DNA from: the human T2T-CHM13v2.0 reference genome, Homo sapiens
Assembly (NCBI RefSeq): GCF_009914755.1
Contig: NC_060933.1
Length of the DNA: 64,000 bases
Strand: one strand, 5' to 3'
The first letter of the stretch is position 1. The number at the start of each line of letters is the position of its first letter. Position numbers and translations under genes: made by a program. Shown piece by piece: positions 1-39,919 of the stretch. Below the pieces are notes generated by a model. It ran no database searches, was not told where the DNA came from, and saw nothing but the letters and a program-made list of their open reading frames with translations.

Positions 1-329
1 CCTTAACCTGGCTGCGATACCGGCCTGCCTTGCCACACCCACACACGAGCAGAGCCAGGCACATGTGCAAGGAATGCCTCACGTGGTTCTAGTGGGGCCT
101 GGCGAGTTCAGCCTACCTAAGGCAGCAGGGTGTGAGGCATGAATGTGTGGACACTTAAACTTGGGTCTGAGTCCTGCCTGCACCTCATATGACCTAACCT
201 CTGGTATCCTAAGTGTGGGGCTAGCAGCCACCTGCCCGCCTGTGGGGCTATGATAGGAGTCAATGGCACACAAGTAAAGCGCTTCACACCTGGTTCTTAA
301 TGGGCACTCAAAAACTGGCAACCGGCCTG

Positions 330-2505
<2,176 letters not shown>

Positions 2506-2509
2506 AACA

Positions 2510-3358
2510 AAACTGTCTTAATTATTGTACCTTTACAGTAAGTCCTTCAGCTTTGTTGTTCTTCAAGATTGTCTTGGCTACTCCCAGCCCTTTGCATTTC
2601 TATACAAATTTTAGAATCAGCTTGTCGATCTCCCAACCCCCATAAAAATATTTTAAATTTGCTGGGATTTTTACTGGGATTGCAATGAATCTATAGATCA
2701 ATTTGGGAAGAACTGACAACCTAACAATGTTGTAGATTCTTTTGAATTTCCTGTTTTCACAGTCAGATCATTTATGAATAATGATGGTGTTATTTTTTTC
2801 TTCCCAATCCTTATGCCATTTGTTCTTTGTATTGCTTGACTACTCTGGCCAAGACCTTCAGTATCTTGTTGATTGAAAGCCATGAGAGTTGTCATTCTGG
2901 TCTTGTTTGTAGCCTCAGAGTGTATGTTTGGCATACAGTTTATCTGATAAGGAGGTTTTCTTCTGTTTCTAGTTTGCCAAGAGTTTTGTCATGAATAGGT
3001 AATGAATTGTTTCAGTACTTTCTTCTGCATCTGTAGAGATCATCTATGATTTATCTCCTTTTTCGCTTCAATGTAATGAATTACACTGATAGATTTTCAA
3101 ATGTTAAACCAGCCTTGCATTCCTAGAATAAACCTCATAATGGTTGTAAAGGATTATCTATTTTATTGATAGATACATGGATAGATAGATAGATGATAGA
3201 TAGATGATAGGTAGATAGATGATAGGTAGATAGATATAGTTGATAAGATATACATATTATATATATAATTGGTTTGGTTTACTAACTTTTTTATTAGGAT
3301 TGTTATATATACATTCATGAAAACCACTGGTCTGTAATTTACACCACATTTAATCAAT
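2510..3358 (-). mobile_element. Old L1 (L1M-type) ORF2 fragment
   Basis: Minus-strand peptide ...GIRIGKKKITPSLFINDL... resembles the L1 RT region IKGIQIGKEEVKLSLFADDM; T-rich on +. Confidence 0.8.
3167..3240 (+). repeat. Imperfect (GATA)n/(TAGA)n tetranucleotide microsatellite
   Basis: gatagatagatagatgatagatagatgataggtagatag... Confidence 0.9.
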
Positions 3359-3359
3359 C

Positions 3360-4052
<693 letters not shown>

Positions 4053-4315
4053 CCATCGAAGATGCATAACAGGTCAACTTGTGCTACTACCTTAACTCAT
4101 TTCTGAGCAGGTGTGTCCTCATTGCGCACATTGCCATTGCGGAATGTTCTAACACTGGTCTTTGAAGTCATGCCTGTGGGCATCGGCTCTTGTGCCCAAA
4201 AGTTCATTTCTCAGTTCATTACGGAATTCCATGCTCAGATGCCAGGCGAGGTTCAGCAAACAGATGGTCTCGCCATGACCAATCATGGTTCTCGTGCAGT
4301 TAAAACCCACAACTA

Positions 4316-8720
<4,405 letters not shown>

Positions 8721-8732
8721 AATATAAAAGAG

Positions 8733-9430
8733 CTTTCCTTTCGCTGCTGCAGCCGCAGCCATGAGTATGCTCACACCTCAGAAGAGGCTCATCTCTAGTG
8801 TCCTCCACTGTGGCGAGAAGAAGGTCTGGTTGGACCCGATGAGACCAATGAAATCCCCAATGCCAACTTCCGTCAGCAGATCCGGAAGCTGATCAAAGAT
8901 GGGCTGATCTTGCGTCACCGCAAGCCTGTGACGGTCCATTCCCGGGCTCAATGCTGGAAAAGCACCTTGGCCCGCCGGAAGGGCAGGCACTTGGGCATAG
9001 GTAAGCGGAGGGGTACAGCCAATGCCTGAATGCCAGAGAAGGTCACGTGGATGAGGAGACTGAGGATTCTGCGCCGGCTGCTCAGAATCGAAGAAGATTG
9101 ATCGCCACATGTATCACAGCCTGTACCTGAAGTTGAAGGGGAATGTGTTCAAACACAAGCGGATTCTCACGGAACACAGCCACAAGCTGAAGGCAGACAA
9201 AGCCCGCAAGAAGCCCCTGGCTGACCAGGCTGAGGCCCGCGGGTCTAAGACCAAGGAAGCACGCAAGCTCCGTGAAGAGCACCTCCAGACCAAGAAGGAA
9301 GAGATCATCAAGACTTTGTCCCAGGAGGAAAAGGCCAAGAAATAAAAGCTCCCCCTTTGTCTGTTATTACATGGATCAGCTCCCTCCGTTATTACATGGA
9401 TCAGCCATTAAAATAAAACAAGCCTTTAAA
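8733..9430 (+). pseudogene. RPL19P15: Processed pseudogene of ribosomal protein L19 (probably the copy named RPL19P15; number from recall)
   Basis: Intronless copy with 5'TOP-like ctttcctttcgctgctgc leader, ATG at 8761 (ATGAGTATGCTC), frameshift near 8838, in-frame TGA at 9027-9029 and a short deletion near 9085. C-terminal part [35 protein letters not shown]...; TAA at 9343-9345, AATAAA and A-rich tail. Confidence 0.93.
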
Positions 9431-9577
9431 ATAAATAAATAAATAAATATAAAATGAAATATACCCTCCTCACACTAAAGGCCTCTTGACCTTAGTTCCT
9501 GTTATCTGATACAGTGTGTCTGGATTTCAACAAAAAATTGCAAGGCATGCCAAAAGGCAACAAAAAAACACAATCTC

Positions 9578-12606
<3,029 letters not shown>

Positions 12607-14299
12607 CTTCCAGGCCAGTGTAACACACATTTTCTGTCATCTCAACAGTTGTGAGCATTGGACTCCCATGGGGTCAGAGGGATAAGCAGATAGGACCCCT
12701 GAGGGTTTTATTCTCTGAGCTATGGAGAGGGGAAGGGCACAGGCTTAGAGAGCATTCGAGACTCTCGACAAGCCTCAGTTTCCTCCTCTGTAAAAGTAGG
12801 CAAACGCAGGGACACATCTCACAGAGTTGCTAGGAGCTGCCTGCATGTGAATGTGCTGGACCCAATGCTTCACTGGGAACAGAAAGGATCTCTTGAGGAG
12901 CAGGGCCATTGCTGCGTTGTCCTCCATGCTGTTGACGGTTTGGGAGCTGGGGTGGTGGGGATGATATGGGAGGTGCTGGGGAGGCACATCACAGGATGGA
13001 CAGGCCAGAAGCTGGAAGCAGAGGCCGGGGGAGGCTGAGGCCCTGGCTGCAGGGAAGGGGAGGGAATGAAGTATCTTCAGCGGGTCCAACCCACTGCAGC
13101 GGGTCCCTCCAGCTCCGATCTGGGGTCTGAGGACACGTCCAGCTGTTTGTGTCTACTTAGGGGGGAGCATTTATGACTGGGCTTCACCATCTCTTTCCAC
13201 ATCCTGACTGGGCCCCCGGGTTCTGAGGATCTGGGCTGCCCTGGCCTTTTGGCAGTTTCTGGAGCTGCCATCCGCTTTGCTGGGATTCAGAGGCTCCCTC
13301 GTGCCACCCAGAGGAGGTAGGCAAGGCCGGAGCCCTCACTGTCCTTCCCTAACCTGTCCATGCCACTGTGGCTCCATCTACCCTGTCATTCACTCACGGG
13401 CTGAGCACTCGCTGTGTGCCAGGCCCTGGTGCTGGCCCTGGAGACCAAGGAAGATTCAGACCAGATGCCTGTCCTCCAGAAGCCCCAGTCCTGAGATGGG
13501 TCAGGAGGGACCACGGAGTTCATCTCTGCACACCTGGTGCCTAGTTTCTGTGCAGTAAACAAAAGCTGCTCCCTGCCCACTTGAACGGGCTCTCGGGGTT
13601 GGCAGACAGTGCATGGATCCCCCGAGTCATTGTTCCTCTGGCTTGGATAGCCCTAGCCGGGAGGTTGTAGTTAAGGTCCCAGCCTGAACTCAGGCTGCCC
13701 GGATTTCAGTTTCACCTCTCCTCTTTGCTCACTGCGTGTGACCAGGGACATGTCAGTGAAACTCTGCCCCTTCCTCCTCCCAGCCTCTAATGTGATGGCA
13801 GGGCTGCAGCAGCCATTGTGTCACCACGAGAACAGAAGGAACCTCAGGCCTCACATCCTTGAACTGCTGAGCCAAGGTCATAGACACATACCCACCTCTG
13901 TACTCTGTTATGTGAAAAAATAAATCTCTTGTGACAGCAGCCACTGGGGTCAGGTCCACTTTTGCTTGGGGACAGAGGTGTTCCTGGCTGAGACACTTAA
14001 CTTCCCTGTGGCTCAGTTTCCCTTTCTGTGAGTTACAGATAATGACAGCAGCTACCTCAGGGTGCAGGGCTGAAGATGGATTGAGATACCCTGGGTGCCT
14101 AGCAAATGTTCATTATTTGATGACTGTTGTTCTTCATTCCAGCCACTCTTCGTTAGATACGGCTCACAGACTCCTTGGCGTCCTGGTCAACTTTCTTATC
14201 ATATGGTTTTGCTTTCAGTATCTCTTTATAGGTGATATTTGGTACCTACCTTTGTTCTTTCCATATTTCCCAAAGCCACGTAGCCATGTGGTGTTTGTT

Positions 14300-14953
<654 letters not shown>

Positions 14954-16199
14954 ATATGTTGTCCTTTAAATGTAATGAAGGTGCCCACATTTTTCGTAAG
15001 TCAAATGCATCGTGTCTCCTATGAGCTTTTCATGCACTGTCTTTTATCCTTTACAAAAGACTTCCCAGTGGAGGTTCTATTTTTATCTCCATTTCACAGA
15101 TGAACAAACTGAGGCTCACAGAGGACAAGTGGGTGCCTTGGCTCCTGACCAGTAGCTGCTGGAACCAGACTTGGACCCACATCTGCAGGTCTCTGGGGCC
15201 CTGGGCATTTCTTGATGGCCCCAGAGGACCTATTCACCTGGGGAGTGGTCTCTGGGGAGGGGACAGTAATAGGAGTGCCAGCCACAAGCACCTTTTCACC
15301 ATTCACTCTGCAACTTGAGTGTGAGCTCATTCACCTGATACGTGAGGCATCACAAACAGGCCTGGTTATTGTTCCCACTCTACAAATGAAGTCACAGCCA
15401 TTTCAGCAGGAGCCCTCAGAGAAAGCTGTCAAGAGAGACCTCAGAGCCACCAGGGCGACCTAGGAGAAGCTCTGGCCTACCAGGGTGCACCGCTTGGAAG
15501 GTGGTCTGAGAAGGCAAGAACTGGGTCTGCCCTGGTCACTTGGTGCCCCCAGGGCCTTGTATGGGACCTGGTACATAGTAGGTGCTCAAAAAATGTTTGT
15601 TGAACAATGCAATGATTCCCCATGAGGCAGGAGATGGTCTGGATGGCAGCAGGTGGCCTCAGGGAGCAGCAGTCAGGGCACAGCCCCCTGACTCCAACCC
15701 CCTGTCTGCTCTGGGGCAATGCAGGGAGGACATTTCAGGTGGAATTGAGTGCAAGGTTCTGGAAGGCAGGAGGCGGCTCAGGGAAGTTGTGGAGGAAGGG
15801 CTGGGTGTGGGGTGGGAAGGGACTCGGGCAGAAGAGGAGGTTGTGAATGGGTCGGAGAGGGCTCCTTCTGGCTGCCCCTAGACCCACCAGAGGGGCAGGC
15901 AACAGAGGAGGGTGAGCTGGAGGCTGGAGGGGCCAGGGAAGACGGACAGGGAGGGCGCCTGCCTCCCACAGACCCCAACCAGCCTGCCCTCTTCAACCTT
16001 TCCCTGCTGTTTTCCCCAGGACTCCTTTTGCCCTCACACTCCAGTCTCTCTGTAGCACCCTGTTGCTCCCTCTTGGTGATCCAGCTCTTGAAAGCCTCTC
16101 CAGGCCTCCCGCTCTTTCGGAAGCCGTGCCTCTCCCCCTCTGCTTCCTTCATCTCCGAGTCTTTGTACCCCTGCGTCTCCGACTCGGCCTTTCATCTGC

Positions 16200-18950
16200 T
16201 CCCTCCACCTCGGCATCGCCTTGCCTCAGTCTCCCCCGACCCCTGTCTCGCCCCCTCTGCTTCCAGAAGCCTGCGCCTCTGTCTCTCCCACCGCCCGGTC
16301 TCCTGGTGTCCCCGGCGTCTCTCCCGTCGTTCCCGCCGCCTTGATCAGCCTGGGCTGTGGCGCTGGCATCGCTGGCCTGGGGACCGGGGTGTGGGCGATG
16401 GAAGGGGGTTCGAGAGGCGCAGGGGAGGGGCTTCCCCTCCTCCGCCCCTGGGCGCCTGGGGAGACTCGCGTGCCAGTCACCTGCCGGTCGGGGCGCCGAC
16501 TTCGCGCCTACGCACTCCACGTGGGCGCCCCGGGGCGCGCCTTTGTCTCTCCCGAGCCTTGAAAGCTAATTACATTGGGAGGGGACAGGGGTGGGGTGGG
16601 AGAGGGGGCCGCTGTCCCCATTCACTGAGCCGAGGCCGCCACTCCGCCGGCAGCCCCGCGCAGGCCTGGCCCCGAGTCACGTCTGTTGAAACCGTTTTTT
16701 TCGGCCTCGCCCCCACCCGCCTTGGCAGCCAGCCGCGCCTTTGTACGCGCCGGCGGGGGCGCCCTGGAACCCTGAACCGTCTTACGGGGAACGGGGGTGG
16801 GGGGAGGGGAGCGGCGCGGGCCCCACGCGAGGAAGGAATTTCCTGGGCCACTGCGAAAGATTGAGGCTCAGAAAGCCAGAGAGAGACGTGCGAGGAGGAA
16901 GCGGAGAGGGTGTGCGAAGCTGGAGAGGGAGTCGGAGCGCCAGCGAAAGAGGGGAGCGCTGGGGAAGGAGGAAGAGAAGGAGAGGGGGAGAAGAGAGACG
17001 CGGATGCTGGGCGCGCGACGGCAGCGGGCGGAGGAGGGGAGCGGCCGGGAACCTGCGCGCAGGGGAAGCCAGGACGGAGCGCAGCACCGGCAGGGGAGGG
17101 TTGCCGAGGGGCTGTGCCGAGGAGCCCGGGTGGGGGCGGCTGGACCGCGGGCCGCGGGACTCACAGACAGTGCGAGGCGGCGCGGGGGCCCCTCTCCCTA
17201 TGCGGGGCTGGGGCGCAGGGGCTGGGCGGGGCGGGTGGGCGTCTGAGCGCGGCGCGGGCGCATTCTTCGCCTTTTCTTCCTCGGGCTCATTCCGGCCGAT
17301 CGATACCTGCGCGGGACCTGCCCCCGCCGCTAATATCTTTTTAATGAGTTCGCCAGGCTTAAAGCGAGCGCGATCTGCCCTCCAGGGTGGATTTTCCCCC
17401 GGCAGATGTTTCGGGAGGAGGAGGCGCGCGGAGCTCCCGGGAGGGGGGACAAATCTCTCCCTCCGAGGGGCGAGAACAGGAGACTTTCTTCTAAAGTTCA
17501 AAAGAAAGACGGGCTTTCACTCGGCCCCCAAAAATGTATTTCTCGGCGGACAATGGGCTTCTTTCTGCGCCTCTGAGGGCCGGCGGGGCGGGCAGGGCGG
17601 GGACCCGTGCGCTTTGGCCCCGCCTGACCGACTCGCACCCCCCTCCCCCGCACCCAGGCCCGGGCCCCAGAGCGAGGGCGCAGGAGCCGCGAAGCCGGCC
17701 GCCCTTCCGAGCGTCCCCCTGAAGCGCACTGTCGGGACCTGGCTCTCCCGGAGCTAAGCCCCGGCGCACCGGCGAGAACGAAAGCGTCGTGCGGGGCCCT
17801 GGGCTGTCCCACACGCCCCCGTTCTCATAGGTGCCTCAGCCGGGCCGAAGGGACGCGCGCTGGTGCCTCAAGGGGAGGACGAACGGACCTCCGGGCTTGG
17901 GCCGCGGCCTCCTTCCCCTCGGCGCTCCGCCCTGAGCGGGGCAACAACTAGAAATTAGCCAACCCCGGGCGGCTGCCGGGCCCTGAGACTGTCTTGCCCG
18001 CCCCGGCCCAGCCACCCCTCCGGGTCGCCCCTGCTCTTCTCCTCCACTTCCCCTTCAATGTCCCTCCGTGGGGCCGTCGGCCTGCCGCGGCGGCCCTCTC
18101 TCCACTCCCGTGGGCTCAGGGGAAGAGGGCACCCGGGCGGCGAGGATGACCTCCGAAGAGCCGCGGCAAATTGATTCGTTCCGCCCGGAGCCGGGGCCGC
18201 GTGAATGGGGGCCCGGGCGGCGGCGGCAGCGGAGAAGAGGATAAAGATGTTCTCCCTGAAAGGGGGAGGGGGCGCGGAGCGGGAAGCGGGGCCATTCACT
18301 CCTGGCCCGGCCCCTCGGGAAGCCGCGCCGAAGAAAGGGGGCCGAGGCCTATTCAAGTCCTACGAGCCGCCCACAATGGACCGATATACTGAGGGCCTCT
18401 CTATTAACGCCCATGAATATTAAAGAGATCGCCAAGTGGCGGCCAGCGGGCGAGGGGGGCGACGGAGCCTGAGAGCTCCGGCCCGGCCGAGGGGAGGGGG
18501 CTTTTGCGCGAGCACATTCCGCGCCTGGGCCCCGCGGAAAATGACAAAATAACACGGGTCATCCGCTGGGAAAGCCCGGAATGTTTCCCCTCGAAATCTC
18601 CTCCCGGGGAGATGTGAGCACAGGGTCTTGCTCCCTATTTCAATGCACCTTGAGACTGGGCGCTACCTACGGGCTCCTTTTTCCCCGGGCGGGGGTCCAG
18701 GTGGGTTTTGCCGCTAGACTAGAAGCACAAAATGTGAGCGCGGTGGAGATTTGGGCGCACCAGCTGGGAGGACGTTCTGCGCTCCGCTTCTGCCCGGCTC
18801 CCAGTACTGCTCTCCGGGCTTGCGGGTCCGGAGGAGAGGAATGGGACTCCCTGGCCGCAGTCCGAGCCCGTGGTCACTGCGCCAGCGGAATCCAAGCCTC
18901 TAACTCTAAGCCGGGGTTCAGGACCCAAACGCTGCACCCCAGCACGGAGG
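16200..18950. promoter_or_regulatory. Upstream CpG island 3-5 kb 5' of PRDM12
   Basis: Very GC- and CpG-rich, free of repeats. Confidence 0.85.
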
Positions 18951-19460
18951 ATGCACAGACCTGAGGGCTTCCCGCAGTGGGACGTGGCCCTGGAGAGGGC
19001 AAAATCCTCGGGGTTGTCGTGGGGTAAAGTGATCTTACCCAAAGAGAGACCAAGCAAAGAAACCTCAGTTCACAAAGTCCAACTCAAACCATTGCACAGA
19101 CAGGGACACCGAGGCCCAGAGAGGAAAGGGGCAGTCCACAGGACACACAGCAGTCCTTATCCCCCTTTGGTGTCCTGGAGGAACTGAGGTCGCTTTCGGG
19201 GCTTGGGAGCTGCCGCAGCGCTTGGCTCCTGGCAGCGCTCCCCGACATCGTCTCCCTCGCTCCTAGCACTTTGTCCTCTCCACCTAGGTCTTCCCAGAAG
19301 CCAAGAAGTAGGCCCCGGTGAGGCTCCCCTGCAGGAGCCATCGGACTCCATACGCCCCCTCAGACTCGAGCTCTGGCCAGGGAGCCGATGCGACCCACAA
19401 GCTGCGTCGAAAAATGAGTGGAGGGTTCGGCGACCCTAACCCACCTCCCTCCTCAGCAGC

Positions 19461-19475
19461 GCTGCCCTCTGCTGG
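19461..19475 (-). promoter_or_regulatory. CTCF motif
   Basis: Reverse complement CCAGCAGAGGGCAGC matches the CTCF core CCASYAGRKGGCRS. Confidence 0.65.
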
Positions 19476-21155
19476 CGCCCTGCCCAACGGTCCTGCCTTC
19501 TGCCAGGTGTGCCCTTCCTTGGGCTCCAGCCTCGGGCGGACCCGGACGCAGGGTCTGAAGGCCAGCTACCGCCGCCTTCCTCCCTTTGCGTCCCAACGGG
19601 GACGGGGGATGCCGGAGACTACTGGCAGGAACTGGGGACCAGGGGTCTGGAGTCTGGACGCCAGGTGTGAGACCCTCTTAGCCAAGGCGCGTCCGGGTGG
19701 TGGAGGGGCGTCTATGCCAACAGGCGTTTGGACAGGGTCTCGCTCATGGGAGGTCAGCTCGCTGTTCTTCCACCCAAGTCCTCCGCGCTGAGGAGAAGGT
19801 CTAGGGAGTCCACACAGTCCAGCGGAGACTAATCCGTGAGCCTGACCCACGCCGAGAGGGTCCAGGCACCTCTGTTAGCGGCATCTGAAATTGTAGGCTG
19901 GTGATGGGAGCCAGAAGTGCGGCAGGTGGGGTGAGCTCCCTCACCCAGCATGTCAGGGCCTGGGGTCCGAGGCTTGAGGCTGACACTGGGGAGCCGCGAA
20001 GCCTGCAGGAAGCGGGGCCTTCCGCTGGGCTCAGCAGCTACCTGCTTCGGGAGAGGGGATCGCTGGGCTCCGAGGTGCCTCGAAACCGCCGCAAAGCAAG
20101 TCTGCTCCTGGGATGATGGGCAGGAGGAATAGAGGAGAGGAAGGGAAAGAAGAGAGAGGCAGAGGAGAAAGAAAGAACTAGGAGGCAAGAAGGAAGGGGC
20201 GCCGCAACGCCACCGGCTTCCCGAGGTTGCAGCTCAGCAAGGAGCCGGAAAGCCGGGCCGCAAGCCGAACCCGCACTGAGGCCTCTCGCGGAGCTGCCTG
20301 CAGTTTCTGAGGGACTTCGCTCTCAGGCACGCCTGCTCCCACCTAGGAAGGGTCTCGGGACCCCTTTCAATCCCCCTATATCCCGTAGGAAATTCTTTTC
20401 CCAGAGACAGGCTGCCAGGGCGATTCCTGTCCGCCCATCTCGACCCCCGACCTGGCCCCGCAAGGGCCGGGAGCCTGGCCTTCCATGAAGCTGTCTCAGG
20501 CCGGGACCAGCCCCAGCCCCGACGGCCGCTGCGGCCCCGCCTCGGCAGCCCCGTGAGCCCGCGGAGGAGTTTCGCACCCGACCGTGCACAGCGACCGAGT
20601 TGGCGCGGCCCGTATGAAGCGAAGCGCCGGCTTCAGCAGCGCAGTCTGAGCAGGGGATCCGCGTGGCAACTAGGGCTGCGCGCGAGCTCGGGGCGACTGT
20701 AGCGGCCCGGGGAGTGCAGGGCCGGAGAGGGAAGAGGACGCGGGCTCTGGCCGGGGAGGGAGAGCGGTGCAGGGCTGGGCCGGCCAGCCGGGGCAGCAAA
20801 GTAAAGGTGAACGCCGGGCTGGGCCAGGCCGGTGAACATGGATCAGGCCTGAGGGGAGCGCGGGGCCCGAAGCCAGGCGTCCCCTCTTGTCTAGCCTGGT
20901 CCCTGGAGTCCTAGAGAGCCTCGCCGCACCCCCTCCCCTTCTCCGTCCCCTCCTCTCCTCAGAGCCGGCTGAGCCTCCCTCCCTGCCCTGCGCTTCCCAC
21001 GGGGAGAGAAGGAAAAACAGGAGGGGGGAGGAAGGACCAGGAAGGGGAGAGAGGAGTGGAGGGGTACTGTTTGGAGCGGTCCGCGCGCCCCCGCCCCTCG
21101 CGCTCTCGCGACGAAGGCTCCTCGAGCCCAGCCGGGTACAACAAGTCTGTCCTCC

Positions 21156-21209
21156 GACGTCAGGGGGTCATTAATAACCAATTAGGAGGGTCACTGCGGC
21201 TCCTATAAA
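21156..21209 (+). promoter_or_regulatory. Candidate PRDM12 core promoter: CRE-like GACGTCA, TAAT, CCAAT and TATA box
   Basis: GACGTCA 21156-21162, CATTAATAACCAATTAG about 21169-21185 (CCAAT 21178-21182), TATAAA 21204-21209. Confidence 0.55.
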
Positions 21210-21276
21210 GGCGCTGAGATTTTGCCAAGGGGAAGACGGCCCCGGCCGAGTGTGCGAGAGGCTAGCGCGCGCCTGA

Positions 21277-38623
<17,347 letters not shown>

Positions 38624-39656
38624 GCGCGCCCGCGCCCCCGCCGGGCCCCGCGCGCTCCTGGGTCCCCGGCACCCCGGCCCCGCAGCGCAACTCGCCCTCC
38701 AGCCCCAACCCCCGGCCCGGCGCCGCCGCGGAGCCCCGCGCGCTGGGGTTGCGCCCCGGAGGCGGATCTCAGGCACCCCCGCCTTGGCCCGTGTCGCAGA
38801 TGAGGACACTGAGGGCGGCGTCCCTCACCCAGGCCACGCAGCTGGTGCGGCTGTTCGGCCGCCTCCTCTGGGAGGGGGTCCCCCTGCCTGGCCTCGCCCC
38901 CGAGTCTCCCTGCTGCTGTAGAGCCGGGCGCCCAGGCCGGCATCCCCCTCGTGGGTGGCAGGAGAGCGGACTTAGAGCCCCCGAGGGCCCCTCAGCAGAG
39001 GAAGGGGAGTCCCCTCCTCCGCCACCGAGAGTCCTGTGCTTCGGAATGAAGGGAGGGCGACCTCCTTGTCCGGGTGTGGTCGGGCGCGGGGGTTGTGGGG
39101 GCGCCATCTCCTCTTCCGGCCCCTGGGACTGGTGTCCTGAAGTGTCGGGAGTCCTTACGCAACCTTGACATGTGCGGGCTACTGGGGTCCATCGGCAGCG
39201 GGAAGAGACCCGGAGAGATGCATCTTCTGGGCCCTTCTCTCCTTTAGGCCAGCTTACCCCCAAACCTGGCTCCTGGGGACGGATGAGGAAGGAGCTCTTT
39301 GCAGTGCACCAGGCACGTTGAGAGTGGAGGCACAATGGAAATCCTCTGTGGGACCCCGAGCAAGACCCTGCACCTCTTTGGGCCTCAGTTTCCCCATCTG
39401 TAAAATGAAGGAGTTGGACCAATGCCCCCTCCCCTTCAGCTGTGACATCGTGCCTGGGAAGGCGAAATATACCCCCAGCCCCTTCCAACACACACACTCC
39501 AGCGAGAGGAGGGCAAGACTGGAACCGCTGCCCGAGAGGTTAAGGTGGCTTCTGTGGCCACGAAGCGCTTCCGAGCTGTGCCCAGTCCCGGGAATTCCGC
39601 CCAGTCTGCCCACACTTCCCTCGGTCCCTGCCCGTTTCCTCAAATTCGGGCCGTGC

Positions 39657-39670
39657 GCGCCCTCTGGTGT
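39657..39670 (-). promoter_or_regulatory. CTCF motif in the PRDM12 3' UTR
   Basis: Reverse complement ACACCAGAGGGCGC, one mismatch to the core. Confidence 0.55.
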
Positions 39671-39913
39671 CGCCTCTCACACTTTGCAGTCATTTACCAG
39701 GATTCCCGTAGGGCGTTTTGTAAAATAAACTATAATATTAATGAAAAGTATAAAATGTATAGAGTTTTCAAGAAACTGCGTTCTACTTCCAGAAGATGGT
39801 CACTTTAACCTTGTAAATATTTATCTAAAATGATATTTACAAAACTGTGATATATTATTATTTGATTGTATATGTACAACTGTAAATACATTTGTACCTC
39901 TCTTGTATTCTAA

Positions 39914-39919
39914 AATAAA
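39914..39919 (+). terminator. PRDM12 distal poly(A) signal AATAAA (proximal candidate at 39724-39729)
   Basis: Canonical hexamer at the end of the AU-rich UTR, with upstream UGUA elements. Confidence 0.75.

Noticed and set aside
2698-2934. Reverse-transcriptase-like peptides here and at 53491-53712
   Set aside because: Short, decayed L1 ORF2 fragments lacking an intact FADD motif.
4053-4315. Unassigned non-Alu segment with small ORFs on both strands
   Set aside because: No recognisable homology, splice context or RNA-gene motifs; cannot be supported without a BLAST or Dfam search.
9109-9345. 78-aa RPL19-like ORF as a functional gene
   Set aside because: Only the C-terminal remnant of a retrocopy with an upstream frameshift, nonsense codon and deletion.
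15749-17757. Long ORFs of 371, 338 and 239 aa in the upstream CpG island
   Set aside because: Low-complexity G/R/P/A-rich translations, often with non-ATG starts, open on both strands. This is expected from stop-codon scarcity in GC-rich DNA; no recognisable domain.
21165-21193. Two GGGTCA half-sites in the PRDM12 promoter as a RARE
   Set aside because: The 17-bp spacer does not fit DR1, DR2 or DR5 geometry.
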